Source: Nemertoderma westbladi
Lineage: Eukaryota; Animalia; Xenacoelomorpha
DNA length: 37,161 nucleotides
Assembly: GCA_032718475.1 (NCBI GenBank)
Contig: JAUCBJ010006170.1
Coordinates: 1-37,161 of the forward strand
Reading direction: 5' to 3'
This document shows positions 1 to 12,400 of this stretch, one piece after another. Position 1 is the first letter of the stretch, and each line of letters begins with the position of its first letter. The position numbers were made by a program, and so were the translations under genes. Under the pieces are notes generated by a model. It saw only the letters and a program-made list of their open reading frames with translations. It was not told the origin of the DNA and did no database searches.

Positions 1-2853
1 CCAATATGTTGGCAGTTCCATATCAGCATGATGCCAAGTATCTTCTTGCTCCAATTCAGAGTATTGGAGAAATCTCTCAACTGATGTAAAATTTATTTCA
101 ACTATAGCTGCTGCTTTCAATAAGAATATTAGATAATTTGTTAATGAAAAAAGGTATATAATTGATAAACACAGCACCTGTCTTGATAGGAAACTGTCCA
201 TATACAAAGATACCACTAATACAAACATAGTAAATATTGTGTAAATAATGGTTACACACAAAGTCAGAAAGCTATACAAAACATTAATCATAAACCATGC
301 TTCTGTATGATTATCTAAATGATCAAAGAAACGCTTGGTATAAATATCCTCAACATTAAAAGCTCTAATAACATCCCTTCCCTCGATGGTATCTGATGCA
401 TGCTGGTAAACTGGATTCCTTAACATACCTTCCAGGAATTTCACTTGTTTTAGGCTTTTTACTGTATAAATGCGGAGCCAGGTAACAACAACTAACATTG
501 GAAGGGCAACAAGCAAAGTCCATGGATTTCCCACTCCACAAAATATCAACACAAGTAAAGCTCGACAAATGGCATGAATAACATCAGCAGATAAATCCGG
601 GAGAAAGTTATCCATTATACCCAAATCTTTAGAAAATCTGTTCAATATTCCACCGACAGGATTTTCCTGAAAAAATTTCATTGGTGCTCTCAGCAGATGA
701 TTCAAAATTTGTCTGTGTACATTTTGGGAAGATGCTAATAGAACTCCATAGTTTGCAAACAAGTTAAATGTATAACATAGCAAATAGGTTGCCACTAGGG
801 AAGCATATACCAAAACGATACAACTCCATTTGCTTCTTCCAATAAATTGGCTGAAAACGTTTTGATCAGTTATATTATTATCTTGCTGTGATGGCGATAT
901 TTTAAATGATGATTGCAATGCCCAAGTTGCCACCCAATAGTCTGTTAACGAAATGAAAACATATGTCAAGATTATAGTTGACACATAAGCAACAACTCGC
1001 GGTATATTAATTCCAGCCTTAATATATATTTGAAAAGCCTTCCATGAATCGTTATCAGCAGAAACGTTTTCTATAAATGCATCAGGCCCATTATTAGATT
1101 TTAAAATTGGCTCAGAGTAAGTTATCAAATCCAAATCGTTGCCATTTTCACCAGTTTCCGAAGCAGACAAATTATCTCCTTGTTTTAGTTTCATTGAAGA
1201 GAAGACATCATCCTCATAGAAAGACACAATATTTGAATTTTCAGGAATCATTTTCAAAATATGAGTTGTCATAATGACAATGCCCTTTGATTGGCAATGC
1301 CTTATGCAGTTATCACACAATTTCTTTGCAACACTGCTATCAACAGCCGCAATGGGATCATCCATGAGATATATATTGGCTTTGGAGTAAACGGCTCTTG
1401 CTAGAGCAATACGCGCCTTTTGGCCTCCAGACAATGAGATACCTTTCTCACCAACCAATGTATTATCACCTTCTGTGAAGAGCAAAAGGTCCAGTGTCAA
1501 ACAACACATATCAATAACTTCTTCATACCACCCTGCTTCAAAAGAATGTCCCAGTAATATGTTTTCTCTTACTGTTCCTGAAAATATGAATGGGGTCTGT
1601 GATACATAAGCAAGTTTCCCACACTTGTTAATAAACCCTTTTTCTAAAGGCAACTCACCTAGTAAAGCTTGCAATAAAGTGGTTTTTCCAGAACCAACCG
1701 CCCCTATCACATATACTATCTCACCAAAATTAACTTGGATTGAAACATCATGTATAACATATCCATTGGTATTTGAGCGTCTTGTAGAAATGTTTGTCGC
1801 ATTCAAATATATATCGGATGGGTGGTATTTTTTTAATGATTGCAGGTCATTGTTACATTCCGCAACGCTGTTAAGGTTACAAGTAAAACCGACCAATTTG
1901 TCTATTCTTTGAGTAACTGCATGCAATTCCCCAAAATTGCGCAGTGAAACAGCAAAACCAATTACAGTACTGATTAATTTGGCTAGAATAATGGTAGAAC
2001 TGACAAGTATAATCATATCGAATTGATAGCCAAGTGATGTATGGAGAACGAAAATACAAAACAAAATTATAGTGATATATGCAATGTTTAACTCTGTATA
2101 GAATGAATGACAATACATTATTTTACAGATTTGGGAGAATTCTTTGCTCCGGACGTTTTCTAAAACTTTCCCAAATATTTCTTCCCATGCATAGGCTTTA
2201 ATAGTTTGTATGTTACCCAAGATTTCACTGAGCAGTGTGATGCGTTTGTCAGTTAGCAATTGAGCCCGACCTCTCAGAATGGAGAACAGCTTTGCAAGAA
2301 TCATACACAGAGGCACGACCAAAATTACAAGTACCATTCCAAAAATGCCCGATAATTTCAAATAATGATACATTAGTGGAAAGCTGAAAATAATTAGAAC
2401 AGGTGTCGCAATTATAGCAGTACCAGTCTGTGCAAAGTCATCAAATCTCCCAACATCTGAAGACAATAAATTTGTATAAAGTCCAATTGTAGTTTCTTGA
2501 ATTTCCATGGTGTTTAAAGTTAAGAGTTTTCTATATATGAGACAACTACATCCAACTCTCAGCTTTGTACACAGCAATGTAAAGTAAAATCTAGAATTAG
2601 TCATGGCGATTGTGGATATAATTGATGCAAAGGCAATTATTCCGCAATCAAGCAATGCCATATCTCGTGAAATGTTGGTATCATCTTTCAAGTAGTAGAC
2701 AATCAATCGTTCTAGGAATATCACACGAACCACAAGTATTGCGTCATTGAATGCGTGTAAGAAGCCACAGAAAAGGAATTCCTTGTAATACACCCTTGTT
2801 AATGTTGCCACTATGTTGAGTTTTTCCAATCCTTCTAATTGGTCTTCGTCTCT
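1..2853 (-). CDS. ABCC4: ABCC4/MRP4-like transporter gene A, coding exon 2 (TMD1-NBD1-TMD2; continues beyond the left edge of the window)
   Basis: Hand translation from the acceptor TTTACAG|AGA at 2853 down to base 1 gives 951 codons with no stop. It contains Walker A GAVGSGKT (~1704-1681), signature LSGGQ, Walker B IYLMDD, GILNRFSKDLG and SVERFLQY, and is collinear with the 22094-25714 exon. Probably absent from the ORF track because it has no stop inside the window. The symbol denotes subfamily resemblance, not proven orthology. Confidence 0.93.
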
Positions 2854-2967
2854 CTGTAAATGAATAAAACAACCTAAATATAATTTGCAATATTTTTTAA
2901 TGTTTCTATTATATTTTACTGTATATTGCTTGCTATCACAGTGGTAGCTGGAAATGCACCTGATTTG

Positions 2968-3179
2968 GGGTAAACACTACGCCGACAACCGACAGCAGAT
3001 AACAACATATATGAAACTGAAACCTGTACTCCTGGCTTTCGTTTATTGTTTTGATTAAAATAGCCTTCCACTGTAACCTGGTCCTTTTTCTCATCTGATA
3101 ATTAACATCAATTATTTGTAATAATGATTGTCGGCTTTGGTTGTAAGCTGTCGGTTGTCGGTGTAGCGTTTACAACTCT
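2968..3179. mobile_element. MITE (Mutator-like) in the intron of gene A
   Basis: 27-bp inverted repeat GTAAACACTACGCCGACAACCGACAGC (2970-2996) / GCTGTCGGTTGTCGGTGTAGCGTTTAC (3147-3173) with 2 mismatches, flanked by the direct repeat TGATTTG (2961-2967, 3180-3186). Confidence 0.7.
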
Positions 3180-3729
3180 TGATTTGAGTTCCTGGCCAAA
3201 AAATTTAAATATAAATGTTATCTATATCCGGCTGATTTATCTTGACAATAGAACTGAACCTAAAACTTTAAATTGCTTTAGGATAACCTAGATTACATTT
3301 CTTTGGTACGAGACAAGCGTACGTACATACGAGAAGACCTAAATTTAGAATACTAAATAAACTAATATACTAAATATAGATAGGAATACTAAATATAGAT
3401 ATAATCTATATTTAGTATTCCATGGGGTAACCTAGATTACATTACAAACAATACATATTAGTAATACATTAAAGGCCTATAGCTTTTACAGTAAAGTTAC
3501 ATGAAATATATATATAATATACTTCTTAAGGTTTATGTGGACAAAATAAAACAAATTTTCTTTGGTACGAGACAAGCGTACGTACATACGACCTAAATTT
3601 CACTGATCATATACTACCAATCATAGACTACTTATACCAAAAGTGCATGTTGTAAAGAAGTACTTTAAAGAAAGAATAAAGAGTCGATTATTCAAATTAA
3701 TGGCATCCCGGATCTAAACTACCTCCTAC

Positions 3730-3936
3730 CTTGTTCTTCAAACATCTCAATATTTTATTGTAATTGTATTCCGCTCCCATATTCTCTGGAAGAGGACTAT
3801 AAAAATCCTCAGTGACAATATCTCGTGTTGTTGGGATGCGAAGGAAAGGGATTATATATAACACCAGGCAGCGCATCAGAGGATTCGTCTCTAAGTAAGG
3901 GTTGGATCTCTTCTTTGTTTTATCCTTTATCGCCAT
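3730..3936 (-). CDS. ABCC4: ABCC4-like gene A, coding exon 1 (69 codons, lasso/L0 motif)
   Basis: ATG at 3936. NPYLETNPLMRCL...IPFLR...EDFYSPLPE resembles the N-terminal lasso motif of short MRPs. The donor AAG|GTAGGA at 3730/3729 is phase 0 and joins in frame to the acceptor at 2853 (876-bp intron). Confidence 0.88.
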
Positions 3937-4314
3937 TGCTTCAAAACGTCAACATACACAAGCAGCCTAAAGAAGAAAATATTTGGCGTTAGTCTTTACA
4001 AGTTCAACTCATTCGTGCCCCATAATGTGCTTTATTATTTATTTATTTATTTCCTTTCCATTATCGGGCACTAATGACCCATGCAACTGTACGTACATTT
4101 TTAATATACTAAACGAAACACATAGCACAAAAATTAATTACGGTTGGACCCTACAATCTATAATTAAATTCACAGTGACCGACAATCGACCAAAGTAAAA
4201 AAGAACAAAAATGAAACCAATAGAACTTCATTATACACATTTTGCAACACATAATTTCCAGTCGATTTTGCAGTGTAAGGCATTCCATTTATAGTAATAA
4301 ATGATTGGTTGTGG

Positions 4315-4960
4315 GGGTGTACGGACAATTCCGACCCGGACAATTCCGACCCGGACAATTCCGACACGGACAATTTCGACCCGGACAATCCCGGCCCGGA
4401 CAATTCCGACCCATTCAGAGATCGAATGAAATTTTTATGGGTCGGAATTTTCCGTATCCAGCGAAGGACTATTCCTACCCAAATAATTTAAAAATAATAA
4501 TTATTATAAGTAATAATTTTATTTAACATTACATTATTTTATTTTATTATTCAACATAAGATTGCTGGACAATTCCGACCCGGACAATTCCGAAGTAGGA
4601 CAATTCCGACCCATGAAAATTTCATTCAATGTCTGAGTGGGTCGGAATTGTCCGGGTCGGAATTTTCCGGGTCGCAATTGTCCGGGTCGGAATTGTCCGG
4701 GTCGGAATTGTCCGGGTCGCAATTGTCCGGGTCGGAATTTTCCGGGTCGGAATTGTCCGTGTCGCAATTGTCCGGGTCGGAATTGTCCGGGTCGGAATTG
4801 TCCGTGTCGCAATTGTCCGGGTCGGAATTATCCGGGTCGCAATTGTCCGGGTCGGAATTATCCGGGTCGCAATTGTCCGGGTCGCAATTGTCCGGGTCGG
4901 AATTATCCGGGTCGCAATTGTCCGGGTCGCAATTGTCCGGGTCGGAATTGTCCTAGCTTC
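4315..4960. mobile_element. Non-autonomous foldback-type DNA element with arms built from the 15-bp repeat GGACAATTCCGACCC
   Basis: 6 forward copies (4323-4412) and 21 inverted copies (4639-4953), plus a shared inner ~40-bp inverted segment and an AT-rich core. The flanking direct repeat GTTGTGG (4308-4314, 4961-4967) is consistent with a TSD. Confidence 0.8.
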
Positions 4961-6410
4961 GTTGTGGTGTGGAGTGACGTTGAATTAAATATAAATGTAT
5001 AAGCATGATAATGCTTGCTCTCTATAGCATCCATTTATATAACAAGGTAAAAATATGGTTTTTGTATAATAATGGTTGTATAATAGTTTAAAAGGATGTA
5101 AATAATACTAAATAATGTTTAGAAATTTAAAATAATGAAGAAGTACGCCACTACTGGGGGGTTGAACATGAACAGGCCTGGCGCTATACTAATAAATTAA
5201 TGTTATGTTAACACCAGAACACCAGTTATTATCATCAATTTAGCAATCCCCACACATCCCCCATACACCATGGCCTGGGATGGGGGATGGGGATATAGTG
5301 TCGTAATTCGGTGACATAGACCCCCCCCCCCCCACGCCATCCCCTCAAATTTTTCTACAAATCTTAATGAGAATTAATTAATGAAATTAATAAAATTTGT
5401 AACAGGAATAGTTTAACCTCCTTCCTTCTTAGCGGTTGAGTCAGAATTTTGATGTTCGCTCTCAATCTTTAAAATTATCTCCGAACAATATTGCACCAGT
5501 CGTACTGCAGTTATTCTTCAACCTTATAGTAATTACAATGTTTGCTTGGAATGGAAAGCATGGAAAACTTGAATGCCACATATGTACAAATATTTGAATT
5601 TGGTTGGAAATAGCTGGGATATATGAGCATTCGAATATTGCATATATTTGCTTCCGCAAATTTATGATGAGGCTTATACTAGTACCTGAACAATGTGAAG
5701 TTAAACCTGATAGGACTATGCAGCAGTCCATGCAGCACCATGAGGTTACCGCCATAGACGGAAAACCATATTATATAGATAGGCCTAGCATTAGCACCCG
5801 GCCTGAGCCCATTCAGCATCCCAACCAGAATTTATTCTCCATCGCATAGAAACCGGAATGGATAACCTTGCGACGCAACAACCTCCTGAAGTTACGTTTG
5901 GACAGACGCAAACTCGGGGTACGGGTGCGGTGTTGGCAGATCCAAACTCGGGGTACGGGTGCGGTGGTGTTGGCTCCATTGAAGGGGTCAGAATAAGAAG
6001 ACTACCTTTGCATTGCATACTAATACTGTATTACTCTAAGATTTATGTTCAAAACAAAATGTAAACATGTGAAATTTTACAACTTCTAGTGTGTTCGCCA
6101 ACACCATCTCTGAAACAAAACAAACTCTATTGATAGAAAGGGGGGGGGGGGGGGTGGGCTTTCGAATCAATCAAAATTCACGGAAAATCTGTCTCCTCAT
6201 TGAATGGTTTACTACCAATCTTAACTGTTTAAAAATTTAATTAAAAAAATAATTAAAAAAAAACTAATAATAAAACTAAAAACGGACAAAAGAAGTCAAA
6301 ATTATCAGACATAAGAAGTGTGATTTAAACGGACTCGAAAATGTATTCCGAAAAAATTCATTAGGCCCCTATAAACCTAACAAGTTCTGGCCTTCAATCA
6401 TTCATCTTCA

Positions 6411-9400
6411 GATCCTCACATAGTGATTCAACGAGGTCAGGGAGGTTAATTAGTCCTACTCGCCTCCATGGTGGGATCCTCACATAGCGATACAACGAGG
6501 TCAGGGAGGTTAATTAGTGGACCTACTCGAATCCATGGTGGGATCCTCACATAGTGATTCAACGAGGTCAGAGAGGTATCAGTGGACCTACTCGAATCCA
6601 TGGTGGGATCCTCACATAGTGATACAACGAGGTCAGAGAGGTTAATTAGTGGACCTACTCGAATCCATGGTGGGATCCTCACATAGTGATACAACGAGGT
6701 CAGGGAGGTTTATTAGTGGACCTACTCGCCTCCATGGTGGGATCCTCACATAGTGATTCAACGAGGTCAGGGAGGTTAATTAGTGGACCTACTCGCCTCC
6801 ATGGTGGGATCCTCACATAGTGATTCAACGAGGTCAGGGAGGTTAATTAGTGGACCTACTCGAATCCATGGTGGGATCCTCACATAGTGATACAACGAGG
6901 TCAGGGAGGTTAATTAGTGGACCTACTCGCCTCCATGGTGGGATCCTCACATAGTGATTCAACGAGGTCAGGGAGGTTAATTAGTGGACCTACTCGAATC
7001 CATGGTGGGATCCTCACATAGTGATACAACGAGGTCAGGGAGGTTTATTAGTGGACCTACTCGCCTCCATGGTGGGATCCTCACATAGCGATACAACGAG
7101 GTCAGAGAGGTTAATTAGTGGACCTACTCGAATCCATGGTGGGATCCTCACATAGTGATACAACGAGGTCAGGGAGGTTAATTAGTGGACCTACTCGAAT
7201 CCATGGTGGGATCCTCACATAGTGATTCAACGAGGTCAGGGAGGTTAATTAGTGGACCTACTCGAATCCATGGTGGGATCCTCACATAGTGATTCAACGA
7301 GGTCAGAGAGGTATCAGTGGACCTACTCGACTCCATGGTGGGATCCTCACATAGTGATTCAACGAGGTCAGGGAGGTTAATTAGTGGACCTACTCGAATC
7401 CATGGTGGGATCCTCACATAGTGATACAACGAGGTCAGAGAGGTTTATTAGTGGACCTACTCGAATCCATGGTGGGATCCTCACATAGTGATTCAACGAG
7501 GTCAGGAGAGGTTAATTAGTGGACCTACTCGAATCCATGGTGGGATCCTCACATAGTGATTCAACGAGGTCAGGGAGGTTAATTAGTGGACCTACTCGAA
7601 TCCATGGTGGGATCCTCACATAGCGATACAACGAGGTCAGGGAGGTTAATTAGTGGACCTACTCGAATCCATGGTGGGATCCTCACATAGCGATACAACG
7701 AGGTCAGGGAGGTTAATTAGTGGACCTACTCGAATCCATGGTGGGATCCTCACATAGCGATACAACGAGGTCAGAGAGGTTAATTAGTGGACCTACTCGA
7801 ATCCATGGTGGGATCCTCACATAGCGATACAACGAGGTCAGGGAGGTTAATTAGTGGACCTACTCGAATCCATGGTGGGATCCTCACATAGCGATACAAC
7901 GAGGTCAGGGAGGTTAATTAGTGGACCTACTCGAATCCATGGTGGGATCCTCACATAGTGATTCAACCAGGTCAGAGAGGTATCAGTGGACCTACTCGAA
8001 TCCATGGTGGGATCCTCACATAGCGATACAACGAGGTCAGGGAGGTTAATTAGTGGACCTACTCGAATCCATGGTGGGATCCTCACATAGTGATTCAACG
8101 AGGTCAGAGAGGTTAATTAGTGGACCTACTCGAATCCATGGTGGGATCCTCACATAGTGATTCAACGAGGTCAGAGAGGTACCTAGTGGACCTACTCGAA
8201 TCCATGGTGGGATCCTCACATAGTGATTCAACGAGGTCAGAGAGGTACTCAGTGGACCTACTCGAATCCATGGTGGGATCCTCACATAGTGATTCAACGA
8301 GGTCAGAGAGGTTATCAGTGGACCTACTCGAATCCATGGTGGGATCCTCACATAGTGATTCAACGAGGTCAGAGAGGTTATCAGTGGACCTACTCGAATC
8401 CATGGTGGGATCCTCACATAGCGATTCAACGAGGTCAGGGAGGTTAATTAGTGGACCTACTCGAATCCATGGTGGGATCCTCACATAGTGATTCAACGAG
8501 GTCAGAGAGGTATCAGTGGACCTACTCGAATCCATGGTGGGATCCTCACATAGTGATTCAACGAGGTCAGAGAGGTATCAGTGGACCTACTCGAATCCAT
8601 GGTGGGATCCTCACATAGTGATTCAACGAGGTCAGAGAGGTTATCAGTGGACCTACTCGAATCCATGGTGGGATCCTCACATAGCGATACAACGAGGTCA
8701 GGGAGGTTAATTAGTGGACCTACTCGAATCCATGGTGGGATCCTCACATAGTGATTCAACGAGGTCAGAGAGGTTAATTAGTGGACCTACTCGAATCCAT
8801 GGTGGGATCCTCACATAGTGATTCAACGAGGTCAGAGAGGTAATCAGTGGACCTACTCGAATCCATGGTGGGATCCTCACATAGTGATTCAACGAGGTCA
8901 GGGAGGTTAATTAGTGGACCTACTCGAATCCATGGTGGGATCCTCACATAGCGATACAACGAGGTCAGGGAGGTTAATTAGTGGACCTACTCGAATCCAT
9001 GGTGGGATCCTCACATAGCGATACAACGAGGTCAGGGAGGTTAATTAGTGGACCTACTCGAATCCATGGTGGGATCCTCACATAGTGATTCAACGAGGTC
9101 AGGGAGGTTAATTAGTGGACCTACTCGAATCCATGGTGGGATCCTCACATAGTGATTCAACGAGGTCAGGGAGGTTAATTAGTGGACCTACTCGAATCCA
9201 TGGTGGGATCCTCACATAGCGATACAACGAGGTCAGGGAGGTTAATTAGTGGACCTACTCGAATCCATGGTGGGATCCTCACATAGTGATTCAACGAGGT
9301 CAGGGAGGTTAATTAGTGGACCTACTCGAATCCATGGTGGGATCCTCACATAGCGATACAACGAGGTCAGGGAGGTTAATTAGTGGACCTACTCGAATCC

Positions 9401-12400
9401 ATGGTGGGATCCTCACATAGTGATTCAACGAGGTCAGGGAGGTTAATTAGTGGACCTACTCGAATCCATGGTGGGATCCTCACATAGTGATTCAACGAGG
9501 TCAGGGAGGTTAATTAGTGGACCTACTCGAATCCATGGTGGGATCCTCACATAGCGATACAACGAGGTCAGGGAGGTTAATTAGTGGACCTACTCGAATC
9601 CATGGTGGGATCCTCACATAGTGATTCAACGAGGTCAGAGAGGTTATTAGTGGACCTACTCGAATCCATGGTGGGATCCTCACATAGCGATACAACGAGG
9701 TCAGGGAGGTTAATTAGTGGACCTACTCGAATCCATGGTGGGATCCTCACATAGTGATTCAACGAGGTCAGGGAGGTTAATTAGTGGACCTACTCGAATC
9801 CATGGTGGGATCCTCACATAGCGATACAACGAGGTCAGAGAGGTATCAGTGGACCTACTCGAATCCATGGTGGGATCCTCACATAGTGATTCAACGAGGT
9901 CAGGGAGGTTAATTAGTGGACCTACTCGAATCCATGGTGGGATCCTCACATAGCGATACAACGAGGTCAGGGAGGTTAATTAGTGGACCTACTCGAATCC
10001 ATGGTGGGATCCTCACATAGCGATACAACGAGGTCAGGGAGGTTAATTAGTGGACCTACTCGAATCCATGGTGGGATCCTCACATAGTGATTCAACGAGG
10101 TCAGAGAGGTATCAGTGGACCTACTCGAATCCATGGTGGGATCCTCACATAGCGATACAACGAGGTCAGGGAGGTTAATTAGTGGACCTACTCGAATCCA
10201 TGGTGGGATCCTCACATAGCGATACAACGAGGTCAGAGAGGTATCAGTGGACCTACTCGAATCCATGGTGGGATCCTCACATAGCGATACAACGAGGTCA
10301 GAGAGGCTAATTAGTGGACCTACTCGAATCCATGGTGGGATCCTCACATAGCGATACAACGAGGTCAGGGAGGTTAATTAGTGGACCTACTCGAATCCAT
10401 GGTGGGATCCTCACATAGCGATACAACGAGGTCAGGGAGGTTAATTAGTGGACCTACTCGAATCCATGGTGGGATCCTCACATAGTGATTCAACCAGGTC
10501 AGAGAGGTATCAGTGGACCTACTCGAATCCATGGTGGGATCCTCACATAGCGATACAACGAGGTCAGGGAGGTTAATTAGTGGACCTACTCGAATCCATG
10601 GTGGGATCCTCACATAGTGATTCAACGAGGTCAGAGAGGTACCAGTGGACCTACTCGAATCCATGGTGGGATCCTCACATAGTGATTCAACGAGGTCAGA
10701 GAGGTACCAGTGGACCTACTCGAATCCATGGTGGGATCCTCACATAGTGATTCAACGAGGTCAGGGAGGTTTATTAGTGGACCTACTCGAATCCATGGTG
10801 GGATCCTCACATAGCGATACAACGAGGTCAGGGAGGTTAATTAGTGGACCTACTCGAATCCATGGTGGGATCCTCACATAGCGATACAACGAGGTCAGGG
10901 AGGTTAATTAGTGGACCTACTCGAATCCATGGTGGGATCCTCACATAGTGATTCAACGAGGTCAGGGAGGTTAATTAGTGGACCTACTCGAATCCATGGT
11001 GGGATCCTCACATAGTGATTCAACGAGGTCAGGGAGGTTAATTAGTGGACCTACTCGAATCCATGGTGGGATCCTCACATAGCGATACAACGAGGTCAGG
11101 GAGGTTAATTAGTGGACCTACTCGAACCCATGGTGGGATCCTCACATAGTGATTCAACGAGGTCAGGGAGGTTAATTAGTGGACCTACTCGAATCCATGG
11201 TGGGATCCTCACATAGCGATACAACGAGGTCAGGGAGGTTAATTAGTGGACCTACTCGAATCCATGGTGGGATCCTCACATAGTGATTCAACGAGGTCAG
11301 GGAGGTTAATTAGTGGACCTACTCGCCTCCATGGTGGGACCTTCACATAGTGATTCAACGAGGTCAGGGAGGTTAATTAGTGGACCTACTCGCCTCCATG
11401 GTGGGATCCTCACATAGCGATACAACGAGGTCAGGGAGGTTAATTAGTGGACCTACTCGAATCCATGGTGGGATCCTCACATAGTGATTCAACGAGGTCA
11501 GAGAGGTTTATTAGTGGACCTACTCGAATCCATGGTGGGATCCTCACATAGCGATACAACGAGGTCAGGGAGGTTAATTAGTGGACCTACTCGAATCCAT
11601 GGTGGGATCCTCACATAGTGATTCAACGAGGTCAGGGAGGTTTATTAGTGGACCTACTCGAATCCATGGTGGGATCCTCACATAGCGATACAACGAGGTC
11701 AGAGAGGTATCAGTGGACCTACTCGAATCCATGGTGGGATCCTCACATAGTGATTCAACGAGGTCAGGGAGGTTAATTAGTGGACCTACTCGAATCCATG
11801 GTGGGATCCTCACATAGCGATACAACGAGGTCAGGGAGGTTAATTAGTGGACCTACTCGAATCCATGGTGGGATCCTCACATAGCGATACAACGAGGTCA
11901 GAGAGGTTAATTAGTGGACCTACTCGAATCCATGGTGGGATCCTCACATAGCGATACAACGAGGTCAGAGAGGTTAATTAGTGGACCTACTCGAATCCAT
12001 GGTGGGATCCTCACATAGTGATTCAACGAGGTCAGAGAGGTTAATCAGTGGACCTACTCGAATCCATGGTGGGATCCTCACATAGCGATACAACGAGGTC
12101 AGGGAGGTTTATTAGTGGACCTACTCGAATCCATGGTGGGATCCTCACATAGCGATACAACGAGGTCAGGGAGGTTAATTAGTGGACCTACTCGAATCCA
12201 TGGTGGGATCCTCACATAGCGATACAACGAGGTCAGAGAGGTATCAGTGGACCTACTCGAATCCATGGTGGGATCCTCACATAGCGATACAACGAGGTCA
12301 GGGAGGTTAATTAGTGGACCTACTCGAATCCATGGTGGGATCCTCACATAGCGATACAACGAGGTCAGAGAGGTTAATTAGTGGACCTACTCGAATCCAA

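Noticed and set aside
1-2853. Gene A as a pseudogene because the ORF track shows no long ORF
   Set aside because: Codon-by-codon reading found no stop or frameshift; the frame simply leaves the window. The short ORFs listed here are off-frame or antisense shadows.
4170-5002. ORFs with GQFRP/GRNCP/SGSEL pentapeptide repeats
   Set aside because: They are translations of the 15-bp repeat in several frames on both strands, inside a TSD-bounded foldback element.
5400-6070. Short ORFs and a 23-bp duplication (AAACTCGGGGTACGGGTGCGGTG) as a small gene
   Set aside because: No recognisable motif or consistent splice structure; cannot be supported from sequence alone.
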